62,276 nucleotides of DNA, filler included, from Globobulimina sp. (GCA_003354225.1; 34 parts of 34 records of this genome joined end to end with filler, not necessarily neighbours in it), one strand, 5' to 3'; counted from the whole stretch's first letter, positions 34,867-47,716 are shown. The notes: generated by a model not told the origin, from the letters alone. A program made the numbers and translations.

Positions 34867-36600
34867 GCAAGAAAGACCTGAAAAAATCTAAAAACAAATG
34901 TAAGAGCTTAGAGCAACGTTTACAAGAATCCAAAGACGAGACTGCTTCCATTGGGAAGCGCGTATCCAACGAGAAGAAGCACGTACAATCCGCCAATGAC
35001 AAAATCCGGCAATTAGAGGCTGCCATCGATGCACTTAAAAACAGCACCGAGGCTGCAGAGAAGATGCAGATCGAAGTGAATAAAGTGCGCGCGGAGAAGG
35101 AGTCGGAGAACAAGATCTTAGCGGAGAGGTTGGGGCATACTGAAAAGCAGTTAGCTGAACAAAAGGTGTTTTTTGAGGACAAATTGGCAGAGTTGGACGA
35201 TAATAACCAACAGCAAATCGCCGCTCTGCAGTCCAAAGGCGACAAGCAAATGAACGAAGTGATGACCAAATTGAAGGGAGACATTGCCAGCAAAAACGAG
35301 GAAATCACCAAGAACCAGGAAGAGATTCATAAGTTGTCGTCGTGTATCAGTGAGGAAAAGGCGCACAATGACGGGCTGACGGATAAAATCAATGCTATGA
35401 GTGATGAGCTTTTAGCAACGCAGAATTCGGAGGACAATTTGAAGAAAGAATATGAGGCTTTGAAGTCGGAGAACAGCAAACAAGCGGATGAGTATAAGAC
35501 ATTGGAGTCAGAGTCGAGTCAAGTTCAAGAAGAGCAGGAGTCGAAAATCCATGCCCTCGACAATGAGTTGAATGCATTGAAGATGAGCACTGAGGAAGAA
35601 TCCAAATCGAGTGAGGAGCGGACGCAGACTTTGGAGAAACAGATTGAGGGATTACAGAACTCCATCAATGAAAAGAATGAGGTCTCGGCCAATTTGAGCC
35701 AGGAATTAAGCGACGCCTCGCAAGAGATTGTAAAGTATAAGAACAATGAAGCGGCGCTGTGTACGGAAGTGGAGTCGTTGAAGGACCAAATCGTTGTAGG
35801 CCAGGAAGAAATGACTGCGAAAGAGAAGGAGTACCAGCAAAATATGAATACGTTACAGAGCGATATGGAGGGCGAGTTGGCTCGAAAAGACGCGAAATTG
35901 GGACAAATCACTGCCAATTTGCATGCCAAAGAGACGCAATATACCGCCAAACTGGAAGAATTTAGCAATGCGGAGGCGAAAATACAAGAATTGAGAGTTA
36001 ATTTGAACGCCGAACAGCAAAATTTAGAAAATGAGAGGAAAAATAATCGGTCCACAGTGGCTGGGTATGTGGCGAAAGAAGAACGTACATCGAAATTATG
36101 TAAATCATTATTCGCTAAATTTACAGGTATGTTGACTGAGTCGCCATTGTCCAAGTGACTCACTCAAAAAAAACTTACTTCAACTTACTTAAAAAAATGT
36201 TTTTGATAGAAATCCGAGAAGAAATGAAATCGGTGCAAGAAGAGCAAATATCGCAGTTGGAGGAAGTGAGTAAGTTTTTCGGCGACTTTGGTCCTTTATT
36301 GGCTCAGGTATTCAAATTCAACCAGGCCATGATCGACGACTTATTGGTGAAATATAAGCGAGAATTATCGCTACGACGTAAATATTTCAATATGGTGCAA
36401 GATCTACGCGGCAATATCCGCGTTTTTTGTCGATTCCGCCCATTATTACCCTTCGAATTAAAGAAAGGTTACACTGAATGCGTCAAATTCCCTCACGAAG
36501 GCGCCTTGAAAATCGTAGACCAAAACGGCAAGACTTTGCCCTTCGAATTCGATCAAGTGTACACGCCGAAAACTACGCAAGTCCAAGTCTCTGAAGATTC
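34867..36600 (+). CDS. Kinesin-14 (C-terminal motor) coiled-coil stalk and start of motor; intron 36127-36209
   Basis: Long heptad region then RRKYFNMVQDLRGNIRVFCRFRP...FEFDQVY. Confidence 0.92.
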
Positions 36601-36700
36601 NNNNNNNNNNNNNNNNNNNNNNNNNNNNNNNNNNNNNNNNNNNNTTAATTAATTAANNNNNNNNNNNNNNNNNNNNNNNNNNNNNNNNNNNNNNNNNNNN

Positions 36701-38192
36701 CATTCGTCACCATAGATTTCTCGATTAATTGGATCATTTTGGTATATTTCAGATTGACTGCATTCACTTTACTGTCATACCATTGGTCTTCTTCGCTTTG
36801 CTGTGCCTCACTGTCAATGCTCGGACTTTTAGAATCTGCGTCATTCTTTGGGGACGATTCGGGTCTCTGTTGATTTAATTCCATATGGATCGCATTCAAT
36901 CGCTCTACTTTGATTTCGTATGGCTTTAAGAGTTGAAATAATATTAATTTATAATTAATTTTGCGAACATCATACTCATTCAACATTGCATGGATCACTG
37001 TATACAGCAACAAATGCGTATTAATTATCGTTGTAATTTTATGATTTAATATCCGCGGCAAACTGTTATTATATAATATGCCAATCGGCACATTGAACAT
37101 TCCCATATTCACCGGCCGCCATTCCACTTTCTTCGGAATATACTCAATTTGTATCGCATTATTCTGGAACATCGGGAACGGCGCAGACCAGTCAAGATCC
37201 ATTAATATATCTTCTGTGCGCGAACCGCTTATCGGCGTTAGCCTTAATTTCGTTTTATTATCTATGACGTCTGTGGATGGGACTAATTGATGCATCACCA
37301 ATTTATGAATCGGATGGTCCATATCCGCATTCTGATAAACGAGGGATATCGCTTTTTCATAGTCTGGATATTTCCCAATTAATAGGTCTCGCCATATCGA
37401 GATTGGCGTATAAATATACAGCGAGTTCGGGGTCACATTCATGTTGCTAATCTTACATAAATTCACCGCATCCCAAGTTACTTTATATTCTGCTAAATCC
37501 GCCGCGGCTTTTTCCAAATCAATTCCATCGATTCGATGGTCATAGAAATCTCCATTGTCTTTAATATCATAATTAACGCAGGATTTCGTTCGTTTAATGT
37601 TCCTAATTCTATCATCATTCCGTGCTTGCTTACTTGATTTTCGAGATGGATTTCGCGTATTTGATTGGTTTGAATTCCTCCTATTGGTGGTCATTGGTGT
37701 CGGGTATTGGGATAATTTGAGCGAATCACTAAAGCGTTGAATTAATGGAGGAAAGTGTCCATCGGACTTTGTGAACGTATTTGGATGGGAAGGAGGCACA
37801 GCACATTTAAAACGCGAATCATTATTATTATTTGGACGGAGATCAATATTTCTTTCCCAATCTAATTGATAAAAGAACATTGCGCGTAATCTGAACACTT
37901 TGATTACAAATTCTTTATACGGACTGCTCCAAGTTGGATTTTGATTAATTTTACATAACTCTCCGGCGAATCGAACAACAATATTTCCATTGTCTGATAA
38001 ATCAATGGTGTCATTTGTATGGAATAATCTTTGCAAATCTTTCGGCACATTTTGGCGTTGTTGGCGTGATGGTTTTAATTTTAATTTAATGGTATTCTTT
38101 ATTTCATTATTTGTCGCTGTAGGATCTGATTGGTTGGATTGGTTATTATTATTTGCAACCTGTGGTTTGCTTGTCGAGCTTTTCTGGGCCAT
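36701..38192 (-). mobile_element. N-terminal part of the ORF1/gag-like family seen at 14683-16417
   Basis: The last ~119 aa align without gaps to the first ~119 aa of the 14683 ORF (about 70% identity by manual count); intronless. Confidence 0.6.
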
Positions 38193-38534
38193 GCGATAAT
38201 GCGTATACGTATAAGATATGCGATATTGCGGATCTATATATTGTATACCAAACGTTATTTGTCTTAATATATAGATTAATGTTAATTTATATCATTTTTT
38301 ATCAGAATTTGTCGAATGTACAGTAGTGTTCCCGATAAGAGGTACGCATATTAGTACTAATATTATATATTATACAGCTAATATATATATTAGACTGCGA
38401 AGTTTCCCTTAGGATTCTGATCATATATTGAAAANNNNNNNNNNNNNNNNNNNNNNNNNNNNNNNNNNNNNNNNNNNNTTAATTAATTAANNNNNNNNNN
38501 NNNNNNNNNNNNNNNNNNNNNNNNNNNNNNNNNN

Positions 38535-39884
38535 CGTGATCGCGCTGTCAAGGAACTGATAGAAACAGAAAAAACATATGTAAACGGCTTGGGAAAACTC
38601 ATTATAATTTACATGAATCCATTGAAACAAAATGATTATAAAATCATCTCCATATCGGATCATCAAACCATATTTCCATCCGTTGTCACTACAATTTACA
38701 ACTTACACAATCAGTTATTAGCTGAATTAGATTATAATTACTATGAAAAGGACAATATTGTGCAAAACGAGTCGATCACGGCCCGCGTAGGCAAAGTACT
38801 GATAAAATACGTGGAACTCTTTAAAATGTACCAAATATACATGAATGGCTACGAGCGCGCCATCAAAGCCTTACACATAATTCGTAAAAAAAACAAGAAA
38901 TTCAATAGATGGCTGGACTCGCAATTTGCGAAAACCTGTATCTCTGCCGGCGATTTGGAGAACCTCTTAATTTTACCCATTCAACGCATCCCCAGATACC
39001 AATTATTATTGGCACAGATCATCAAACAGACTGAGAAAATAAGCATACACCACGGCGATTTGGACGACCTCCGCCATACTTACACGCAAATCAACCAAAT
39101 TACCAAATTAATCGAGGCGAAAATGCGGCAATACGACAATAAACACAAAGTGGCCTTAATCGAAAAGAAGTTTACCAACATCTCGGCCGGCGATTTGGTG
39201 CAACCTTCGCGATGTTATATCACTGAAAGCACAAATAAATCGAATAAATCCTGCATAAAAATATATTATCACGATGGCACATCGCACCATATCGTCTTAT
39301 TCCTATTCAACGATTGTTTGATTTATGGACATTATCTAAGCAATATTGCCTATGAAGAGCTATATTTTGACCATTTATTAATGTTTGATAACTTATTTAA
39401 ATGCATTTGTGAGGATAATTATGTTACGGCCAAATACTGCCTCAAAATCTATTCGCGGCAATATTCCGTTTGGATATCTTTTAAGACGAAAAAAATGCGC
39501 ACCAAATGGCTGAAATTGATCAATAATGCAAATACGTTGCATAATAATAAGTATATTGTCAATTTACAACGTTTTAATGAGGCAAATAAGACCAAAGCAA
39601 AAGGAAAATTAAAGGCGCAACGAAAACAAATGTTGGCGTATCCATGTTTTGTGCCCGATGATTATACCAATTATTGCCAGGAATGCAATGCTAAGTTTAC
39701 CTACATTTCCAACCGGAAACATCATTGCAAACAATGTGGCAGATTATTGTGTAAACTATGCACAAATTACAAGATAAATTGTGTCTTTTTCAATAAAAAT
39801 CTGGATTTCATGAAATTAATGTTCGGCGAGACTATGAATAATATACTATTAAACTGTTTAATTGCACACACAAAAAAAAATTAA
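38535..39884 (+). CDS. RhoGEF DH-PH-FYVE (FGD-like), 5'-partial; FYVE appears truncated
   Basis: ELIETEKTYV, LLILPIQRIPRYQLLL, LFLFNDCLIY (PH), VPDD..CQEC..RKHHCKQCGRLLCKLC. Confidence 0.9.
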   Translation, partial: RDRAVKELIETEKTYVNGLGKLIIIYMNPLKQNDYKIISISDHQTIFPSVVTTIYNLHNQLLAELDYNYYEKDNIVQNESITARVGKVLIKYVELFKMYQIYMNGYERAIKALHIIRKKNKKFNRWLDSQFAKTCISAGDLENLLILPIQRIPRYQLLLAQIIKQTEKISIHHGDLDDLRHTYTQINQITKLIEAKMRQYDNKHKVALIEKKFTNISAGDLVQPSRCYITESTNKSNKSCIKIYYHDGTSHHIVLFLFNDCLIYGHYLSNIAYEELYFDHLLMFDNLFKCICEDNYVTAKYCLKIYSRQYSVWISFKTKKMRTKWLKLINNANTLHNNKYIVNLQRFNEANKTKAKGKLKAQRKQMLAYPCFVPDDYTNYCQECNAKFTYISNRKHHCKQCGRLLCKLCTNYKINCVFFNKNLDFMKLMFGETMNNILLNCLIAHTKKN

Positions 39885-39894
39885 AGTTTTAATA

Positions 39895-40268
39895 TCATTT
39901 TACAGGAATGTGTTGATTAAATAATAATTGTTGGTCATGTTGATTAATAATATAACTTTTTTGATATGGTTTTTTTTTAGCACCTTTTTTCATAACGTAT
40001 TTAATGAATGAATTTGTTAAATTTGCAATCGGTTTTTCCATACAAATCCACAATACGATACTGATAAAAGCAGTAATAAACCAAACACCAATAAGTAATA
40101 ATAACTCATTCCATATAGTATAATATATTGGGAATTCTAAATCAGTTTTCCACCACGCAATCACTAATAAATGTAATAAATACATTATATACGTTAATTT
40201 GCCTAAAGATTGATATATGTCAAATGATAAAAATTCTTTAATTAAAGATATCTGTCCTTGGTTCATGT
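39895..40268 (-). CDS. Acyltransferase-3 / NRF-6-like membrane protein C-terminus
   Basis: FLSFDIYQSLGKLTYIMYLLH...MEKPIANL. Confidence 0.75.
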
Positions 40269-40368
40269 NNNNNNNNNNNNNNNNNNNNNNNNNNNNNNNN
40301 NNNNNNNNNNNNTTAATTAATTAANNNNNNNNNNNNNNNNNNNNNNNNNNNNNNNNNNNNNNNNNNNN

Positions 40369-41913
40369 AAACTCCAAATATTTGGAGATGACCGTCACGG
40401 CGGCGACGCGCGCCAAATTACTAAATAATATCTTGAAGGCAGTGCCGCACGAATGACAAAAGGGTGTCCCGTACAGCGCAGTAAATATTAATCCGTGTTT
40501 GCTCAAAATGTCCAAGCAGCACTCCAAGCATTTTAAGCAGCATTTGACGCAGGAAAAGATGGCCACTGCCAAAGGATTGGATTTCTTGGCACATTTTCCC
40601 TGCAAATACGTCAAAACGGCGTTGGCAAATTTGATCACGGCCACTATGAAGGCGCCGAAAGCAATGGAGCCCAAATGATCGCGCAGGATTCGCCACATGG
40701 CCTTGCAAATTGGATGCAAACTAAATTCATTGCGCTCCTCGCCGCGCAATTTCTGGCCTCCCCCTTCTTGGTCTTGCTGCGCAAAATACCATTCGCTAAA
40801 AACGTGGCTCAGAACCATGTAACAGAAATAAACAATAAACTGAAACACCCAAAATAAGCCGAAAATGTGATACAACAGAAATTCGCGATATTCTTTGTCA
40901 AATTCGTCCACAACGTAGGTTTTTTGGCCCAGTTTTGCCTGCAATTCGGGCAACAAAATGTAGGTTTTATAGTCGGCGATGGAATAAATATACAACGCGC
41001 CGACGAACCAGTACGCGAAATAGAGGCAGGCCAGCAATGTGCAGCAGAGCGGGAAGAAGATGATGGTGGGCACCGACTGCATGGCTCTCGACGCCTCTTT
41101 GATCACTTTGATGGCCAACACGATTCTGCTGCGCATGAAGATGATGCCAAACGTGAACAGCATGGTAATCACCGCCAGGGTCCAGCCGGTATATTTCATC
41201 AAATTGCCGGTGAACTGCCATCCCATCGCGATCACCTGCGCCGATTTGGTGATTAAGGCGTAGCCCAAAAAAGCGCCGCCCAAAATGCTGAAAAAAATGG
41301 TGAGCCACACGATGATGCCGCCGCAGGTCCGGATGTAGCCCATGTACATAAAACAGAACATCAAGGCGAGGAAGGCCGAGGCCGCGATCATCCATTGCGA
41401 TAACACCACGTCGCCGGCCGCGCGGTTCATGGATTCGCCGATTGAGTCCCACGACGAGTCGAAGGTGGAGCGGGTGGAGGCGTCCGACGGCAAACACCAT
41501 GCATTCAAGGCCAGCTCTGATTTGTAGGGGAACAGCATCCGTGAGTCTGTCTGCGTCGTGTTGCAGTCGTCGGTGCATAATATTATGTCGTACGTGATGA
41601 GAAAAGGCCACATCGCATACTTCTTGGGCGGGATGGACGGATAGCTCTCGTCGCAGACCGTGCCGTTGATGTCAATCCCGTGGAACAGCCAGGAGGTGTC
41701 TGCGCCTTTGGACTGCGCATAGAATATGAGAAAGCCTTGCGAGCCAATCATGAACAATAAGGCGACGAGCCAGCCCAAATCTGTACAGAATCTGTCTTTG
41801 TTTGCCACCAAGTATGGGACTGGATTGTCGGCGTCCACATCCGAGCAACATTGGAAACCGATATAGGCTCCGACGCGCTGGCAACAACGTTTGCTTTCTG
41901 AGCCGACTCCCAT
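40369..41913 (-). CDS. Choline transporter-like protein (CTL/SLC44), 3'-partial
   Basis: RFCTD, GID.NGTVC, RIVLAIKVIKEAS, HLGSIAFGA, CCLKCLE, YGTPFC. Confidence 0.92.
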
Positions 41914-42202
41914 TGAAAAAGTATTAATAACTCAAGTGCATTCTACTAAGAGTAAAAACAGCTTCAGAAGGTTTTCATACTGTATTGTAGAGACTTGCTA
42001 AGTTGTTTAGAGTGTAAGGAAGTAATTCGAAGGTGAGTAGAGTCTTAAAGTAGAAAACTTAGTTAACAAAACAATCTGAAGTCAACACATAAAGTCAATG
42101 GCNNNNNNNNNNNNNNNNNNNNNNNNNNNNNNNNNNNNNNNNNNNNTTAATTAATTAANNNNNNNNNNNNNNNNNNNNNNNNNNNNNNNNNNNNNNNNNN
42201 NN

Positions 42203-43936
42203 CGGCTTCAATTTGAGCCATTTCATCTTCGGCCTTTAACAGATTCTTAGGAATGGCTTCTCGAAAGCCATCATCTGGCAATTCAACCATTAATCCGTCG
42301 TCATCCTCCATCACAAAGAGGACAAAGTTTAGCATCTCTTCAAATGACTCCAGTTTAAGGACATCGGCGCCCATAATATCCGCCAATTCACTGAAATACA
42401 TAAAAGAGGCCTCACGAATGTCACTGTCGTCAATCTCCATCAATCCATTCATCACATAACCATGGAATTTGGGCAATATATTTTTAAAGGATTCGAAGCC
42501 CACTGCACTTGCCACGGCACCTAAACACGACGTTGCTTCCGCGCGTAAATCGATTTTGGACACATCCTCTCCGCACGGTATACACATTAACGATTCTAAC
42601 AATTGGATGACTTTTGGTAAATAAATATTGAAGTTTGCGCGTGCGGCGATGGCACACGAGGCCAACGTGGATATGGCCTGTTTGTTCAATGCCAAACTGT
42701 TGCTCTCTAAACATTTGCCAACCACATTCATAATCTCCTGCAAATAGGTGGTTATATTAAAGCCATTCTCCTCTGGCTCGTCCTCGGGGTCATAGGCATC
42801 AATAAAATATTCAATCGCCGATAAAGCGCGTTCTTTTACTTTAATTTCTTCGTTTTCATTGTCAAACAGTTTAAATATATTTGGTAATAACAATTTATCA
42901 TATTTCAATATGTCAAAGTTGCAATGAGTGGTAATTTGCGAGATGGCCTCCAACGCACATTTACGAACAATGTAATTCGATTCGGTGTCTTGTATACCTT
43001 TTAAACAGGCTTTTAATAACATTTCTAAATTATTGCCTTTGCAGATCGCTTCCTTACAGCCTTCCGCCATCATTGCAATTAACACAAAACCGGATTTGCG
43101 TCGACTCGGCGATTTCTCAGATAGTAATTTCTCGATTGCGGCGCTGGCGGCGGGGAAACATTGTTCCGACGGGATATTCAGAAATATCTCATCCAATAAA
43201 TCGCAAGCAATGCCCAATGGCGATAAGAATGAAGTTTTCTCGTCGTCTACGTTATTATTGGTGTCATCGTTGTCGTCGTCGTTGTTTTCGATGATGAGGT
43301 TGATGCACAGGGTCAGGAATGGCTCAATGAAGCCGTGCTGGATCACCGTCTTCGGTTTGGCTTTGCACATCCAAGTGGCGAAATTTGTCGCCTGTTTGCG
43401 TACTGTCATTGGCAGCTCGTCCTTTGCCGCTGCTATTTTTAAATTAAATTTTGTTAATTGCTCGGCGTGTTTATGAATGACCGGAATTTTGGATTCCACC
43501 AAGTCGTTAAAGACTTCCATGCCCGCAATCACATTTGTTTCGTCACCTTTTTTCAAACATTTGTCGATCACCGCCACCATGGACGGTATAAACCCTTCGA
43601 TGATGGCAACTTCTTTGGAATTCTCCAGGAATTCCACCATAATTCCAATGGCTTTGACGGATTCAACCTGGATTTTGATGGATTTCGCATCGCTTAAACC
43701 AATTTGTAATATTTGTAGGATTTTACCAAAGTGTTTTTTTAAAGCACCGCCACAAAATGAGACTAAATTGCGCCATAAAATGTATCCAACTTCTCGTAAT
43801 TCGACATTTTCGTCGGGTTTTGTGATTTTTTCCAATGCGATTAATAATTCATTCCATCCTTCGTTCTCGTCGACAAATGCATACTTTGCGATGGACGCAA
43901 TGGCGGCACCAATGGCCAGTCTCTCCGGGCGGTTAG
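42203..43936 (-). CDS. IPO4: Importin-beta family HEAT protein, importin-4-like (internal fragment)
   Basis: GWNELL, AMMAEGC, LRAEATSCLG, IREASFMYFSELA; HEAT periodicity. Confidence 0.75.
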
Positions 43937-44309
43937 NNNNNNNNNNNNNNNNNNNNNNNNNNNNNNNNNNNNNNNNNNNNTTAATTAATTAANNNNNNNN
44001 NNNNNNNNNNNNNNNNNNNNNNNNNNNNNNNNNNNNCTCCGCTGTCCGATAGTATAGCGAAATAAACCATTATGAGAGCCAAGCACTTCTCCGTCAAGGG
44101 TGACTATGTCACCAGCGATTGGTTTCTTTTGGCTGAAAGTTTGAATAAAATCACCAAGTTTGTTGTCTTTGTAGAAGCAAACGTCCTGGCTTTCAAGTCC
44201 CCTGAAGTGAGTAAAACCTTGGTATTGTTACTGCCACCAGTGTATCATATCACCAGAATGTGTATCCCCAATATCAGCATCCAGTCCATATTCTCCTCTG
44301 TCCCCTGCA

Positions 44310-44413
44310 GCTATGCCCGCTACCACCTGCCCTGCGGACCTGGCACGTTCTGGAACCAGAACATGTGGGCATGCGCAATGGAGCCAAGCACAGGCTGTGC
44401 CATATGGTGCTAA
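44310..44413 (+). CDS. Putative terminal exon encoding half of a chitin-binding (CBM14/peritrophin-A) domain
   Basis: Pyrimidine-rich acceptor TCTCCTCTGTCCCCTGCAG, then YARYHLPCGPGTFWNQNMWAC...C-stop. Confidence 0.45.
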
Positions 44414-44638
44414 CCAGTACGCATTGCCATGTTTATCCACCATATCCTTTGCAACGAAAAATTTTATCCGACCATAAATTCCTTTTGCAATTTGTGTAGA
44501 ATCTAATTTTTTACCTTCAGCAAACACATATTGCACTCCTTTTAATCTCTCATTTGTGGTTTTATTATCGATGTAACGTTTCAAATAATAAAAACCGACA
44601 GCACTCACTGCTATTGATGTAATTATCCTTGTTGACAT
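44414..44638 (-). CDS. N-terminus of a membrane-anchored hypothetical protein (probably cut by a junction near 44415)
   Basis: ATG 44638; signal-anchor IITSIAVSAVGFYYL; AT-rich codons until ~44430. Confidence 0.4.
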
Positions 44639-45009
44639 GCTTTAAATTAGCGTTTTAGACTTTAGAGAGCTAGATAACGCCACCCCCGCTCCACACATTT
44701 AATTGGTATATTAATGATTCATATACAAGCATTGCCTAGGAGGTAAAGTTATATTTTTCGGAACTCATCATCCGGTTAATTTTCAGCGTCATATTTTTAT
44801 TGTTAATATTGTTCCAAATCACGCGCCTAAAACAGATTTAAAAACGAAAAAATAGTCAAAAACAGATTCAAAAAACGAACAATATTAACATCAAAAATCG
44901 TAGACTTCACAATATATTCGAACCAGTGCACCCGACACAATGCGGATTAAAGAAACAATGTTAACCAATCATGTATTTTCATAATATAATTCTATATAAA
45001 TTATCATTA

Positions 45010-45555
45010 TTAAATGAATTCGAAGTCAGCAATGGAATTATATGCACTCACATTCACCAAAATAGCCGGTTGATAATTTCTGTCTGGGTCGATCTGAATT
45101 TCTTCACCCATTAAATGCCCATTCTTTGAAAACGATAATTTCATATTGTCATAATCCAATTTGATGCTAATTACATCTCCAGCACCCCAAGCATCTGCAA
45201 AATAAATTGTTTTCTTCTCTGTATATTGCCCATCATACATGAGTTTGTGATAATATTTGATGGCACCGTATTCATTACAATACCAATACGACACAGCAAC
45301 TGATTTCCAGCAAAACTCATTCTTCCAATACATATGAGACACATCCGACATGATACCAATCTTTGCTCCTTTCCCTTGCATATCAATCATAAATGCATTG
45401 CATCTGATGTTCCACTCATAAATTCCATTCCTTTCGGACTGTCTATCCGGTGACAAAGAGATTGGCACATCCCATCCCGTGTGATAAGCCAACATTTCTG
45501 TACATATTTTGCCTTGTTCAAAATCATGATAATTGTTCCCTTGATTCGCATACAT
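45010..45555 (-). CDS. SPRY/B30.2-domain protein (start uncertain)
   Basis: GIYEWNIR, KIGI, WGAGDVISIKLDYDNMKLSFSKNG, YQPAI. Confidence 0.75.
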   Translation of the reverse strand: MYANQGNNYHDFEQGKICTEMLAYHTGWDVPISLSPDRQSERNGIYEWNIRCNAFMIDMQGKGAKIGIMSDVSHMYWKNEFCWKSVAVSYWYCNEYGAIKYYHKLMYDGQYTEKKTIYFADAWGAGDVISIKLDYDNMKLSFSKNGHLMGEEIQIDPDRNYQPAILVNVSAYNSIADFEFI

Positions 45556-45976
45556 TTGGCAGGACGGGCACTTCTCATCAAATTTGATTTCTTTCTTATT
45601 GATTGTTCCATTATTCGTTGCATTTATGTGCGTTACAAAACTAACCTGTTTATATATCTATAAACCGATGTTTTTAATATAATATTAGTTTGAGGTGCTA
45701 GTAAGATTAGTTTCTAGTAAAAGTGGTTTTCTAGAATAAAAATCTACTCGCACCTCGCCCTTTTTAACTTNNNNNNNNNNNNNNNNNNNNNNNNNNNNNN
45801 NNNNNNNNNNNNNNTTAATTAATTAANNNNNNNNNNNNNNNNNNNNNNNNNNNNNNNNNNNNNNNNNNNNAATAAGATATTTGCTGGACATTTGTGACAA
45901 TTTTATAGCAACTTTGCATCCTTCGTATACAGCACGGTATACAGTCCATAATTACATACATTTCAGGTTTGCGGGG

Positions 45977-46288
45977 TCATATCATAAAATAATTATCGTC
46001 AAACAAAATACTGTGAAATGGTTCAAAATAAAACAACACTGTGGATAAATATGATAATATTATCAATGATAGAAATATATTTTTCTGCGAATTTGGAAAT
46101 AAATCTAATAAAATTCCAAATGTTGGATATGATAATATCTTCACGATAGAGGATAAAAATGACATTATACCCAGCTTTGAAACATTGATTCCATTTTCTA
46201 AAAAATAGAGTGATGAATATTTAGCCCATCCTACATTTGACACTGATGCACAGAATTGAACACTTTTTAGGAAGAGTTCATTTGCCAT
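45977..46288 (-). CDS. MFS transporter (MFS_1-like) N-terminus, truncated
   Basis: YSSLYFLENGINVSKLGIM...PTFGILLD typical of MFS TM1-TM2. Confidence 0.55.
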   Translation of the reverse strand: MANELFLKSVQFCASVSNVGWAKYSSLYFLENGINVSKLGIMSFLSSIVKILSYPTFGILLDLFPNSQKNIFLSLIILSYLSTVLFYFEPFHSILFDDNYFMI

Positions 46289-46397
46289 TTTGCGCAATTT
46301 GTCTCAAAAACTGTTAGTTGTAGCTTGAGTAAAATTTAAATGTTTGTATATGAAATTAGTTTTCCGGCGATTTGACAAAAGACAAAAAGTTAATTTA

Positions 46398-46470
46398 TTC
46401 ACCGCAGTCACAAAAAGTATATATTGTGGTGATCGGACTTCAACTTTTGGAGTTGATCGCTCACCACAAT
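46398..46470. repeat. Small hairpin-forming dispersed repeat; related copy at 50016-50068
   Basis: ATTGTGGTGATCGGA.TTCAA.TTTT.GAGTTGAT is shared by both contigs; ATTGTGGTGA/TCACCACAAT stem here. Confidence 0.7.
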
Positions 46471-46619
46471 AAATTAGCTCACTAGTTGTGTCTGTTGACT
46501 TAAGGACAGATAATTCCTCAATTCCTGACTTAAGGACAGATGAGTTCGAAAGGTTACTGCAGCGGTCGATTTCCTTGGTAATGACATGATCACTGGAATT
46601 TTAAACAACTGATAGAAAA

Positions 46620-47604
46620 TCATGGGAACGAATAACAACATAATTTGCCATCATCATTCCCACACAAAATATAATTACGCACACAACAATGGGACCAAAA
46701 TCCATTTTTTGATGTCCATATTTTAATAATATTCAATTTTTTCTCATCAATATGTATTATTAAAATGGTGCCTGATGAACTACAAACAGTGAAAAAATTA
46801 TCATGAAAAAAATCAATTTGATTTATAAACAAAATCTCGTCATAAATATCCTGATACTTTGTAATTAATGTTAACAATTCCAATTCATTCACATTACGCT
46901 TCAGTAAACATTGCTTATTCATCTCCCATAAACAAATAGTACCACGTTCACCGGTTGTAATTAAATATCCATTTCTCATTGAAATCGCACCCCCAAATAA
47001 ATCATTGCCATATAGATCATCGATTTTATTGATTAACTTCAATTCAACCGCATATTTTAAACAATTTACTGAATATATCAACAAAGAATGATATTCATCA
47101 TCGTGCCCATCGATGACTGCAACAATTAATAATTTAATATTATTTTCTTTATCGTAATAAAATTCAATTGAACGTGTTTGTAATTCACAGCCAGAATACC
47201 CTTGTTTACATTGTATATTTTGATAAATAATTTTACATTCTTTGTTTACAGCCAATACTCCAAATACTTCCCCATCATATCCATGGCCACTGATAATTAA
47301 AAAGTATCCATCAACCTCAATATCACAAATATAATTTGGTGCAATTTTGCAGGTTCTGATCCAATGTTGATTTACATCGAGACTTTGATGCTTTTCCTTA
47401 TGATGAAACTCTTGTTCTTCCTCAAAAGCATGTGACACCATATCAAATTTATTCGTTTTAATATCAAATATGGCCAAATACAAATTGATGTTTCCACCGA
47501 AGGCAATCAGTAATTTGTCATTGTTGTTATGGACAAACTGCGCAAAATCAATGCTATAAAACTGTTCCCAGTTTGAGAATTTAAATAAGTTTTCTTTGTT
47601 TGGA
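46620..47604 (-). CDS. Beta-propeller (WD40-like) protein, 5'-partial
   Basis: LITTGERGTICLWE, TVCSSSGTILI, ILCGNDDGKLCCY repeats. Confidence 0.6.
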
Positions 47605-47716
47605 NNNNNNNNNNNNNNNNNNNNNNNNNNNNNNNNNNNNNNNNNNNNTTAATTAATTAANNNNNNNNNNNNNNNNNNNNNNNNNNNNNNNNNNNNNNNN
47701 NNNNCTCTTCTAACTC

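Noticed and set aside
35525..36163. 212-aa minus-strand ORF
   Set aside because: Antisense shadow of the kinesin coiled coil.
40421..41887. Multiple overlapping ORFs and elevated GC suggesting bacterial DNA
   Set aside because: By-products of GC-rich codon usage in a clearly eukaryotic SLC44/CTL gene with an AT-rich upstream region.
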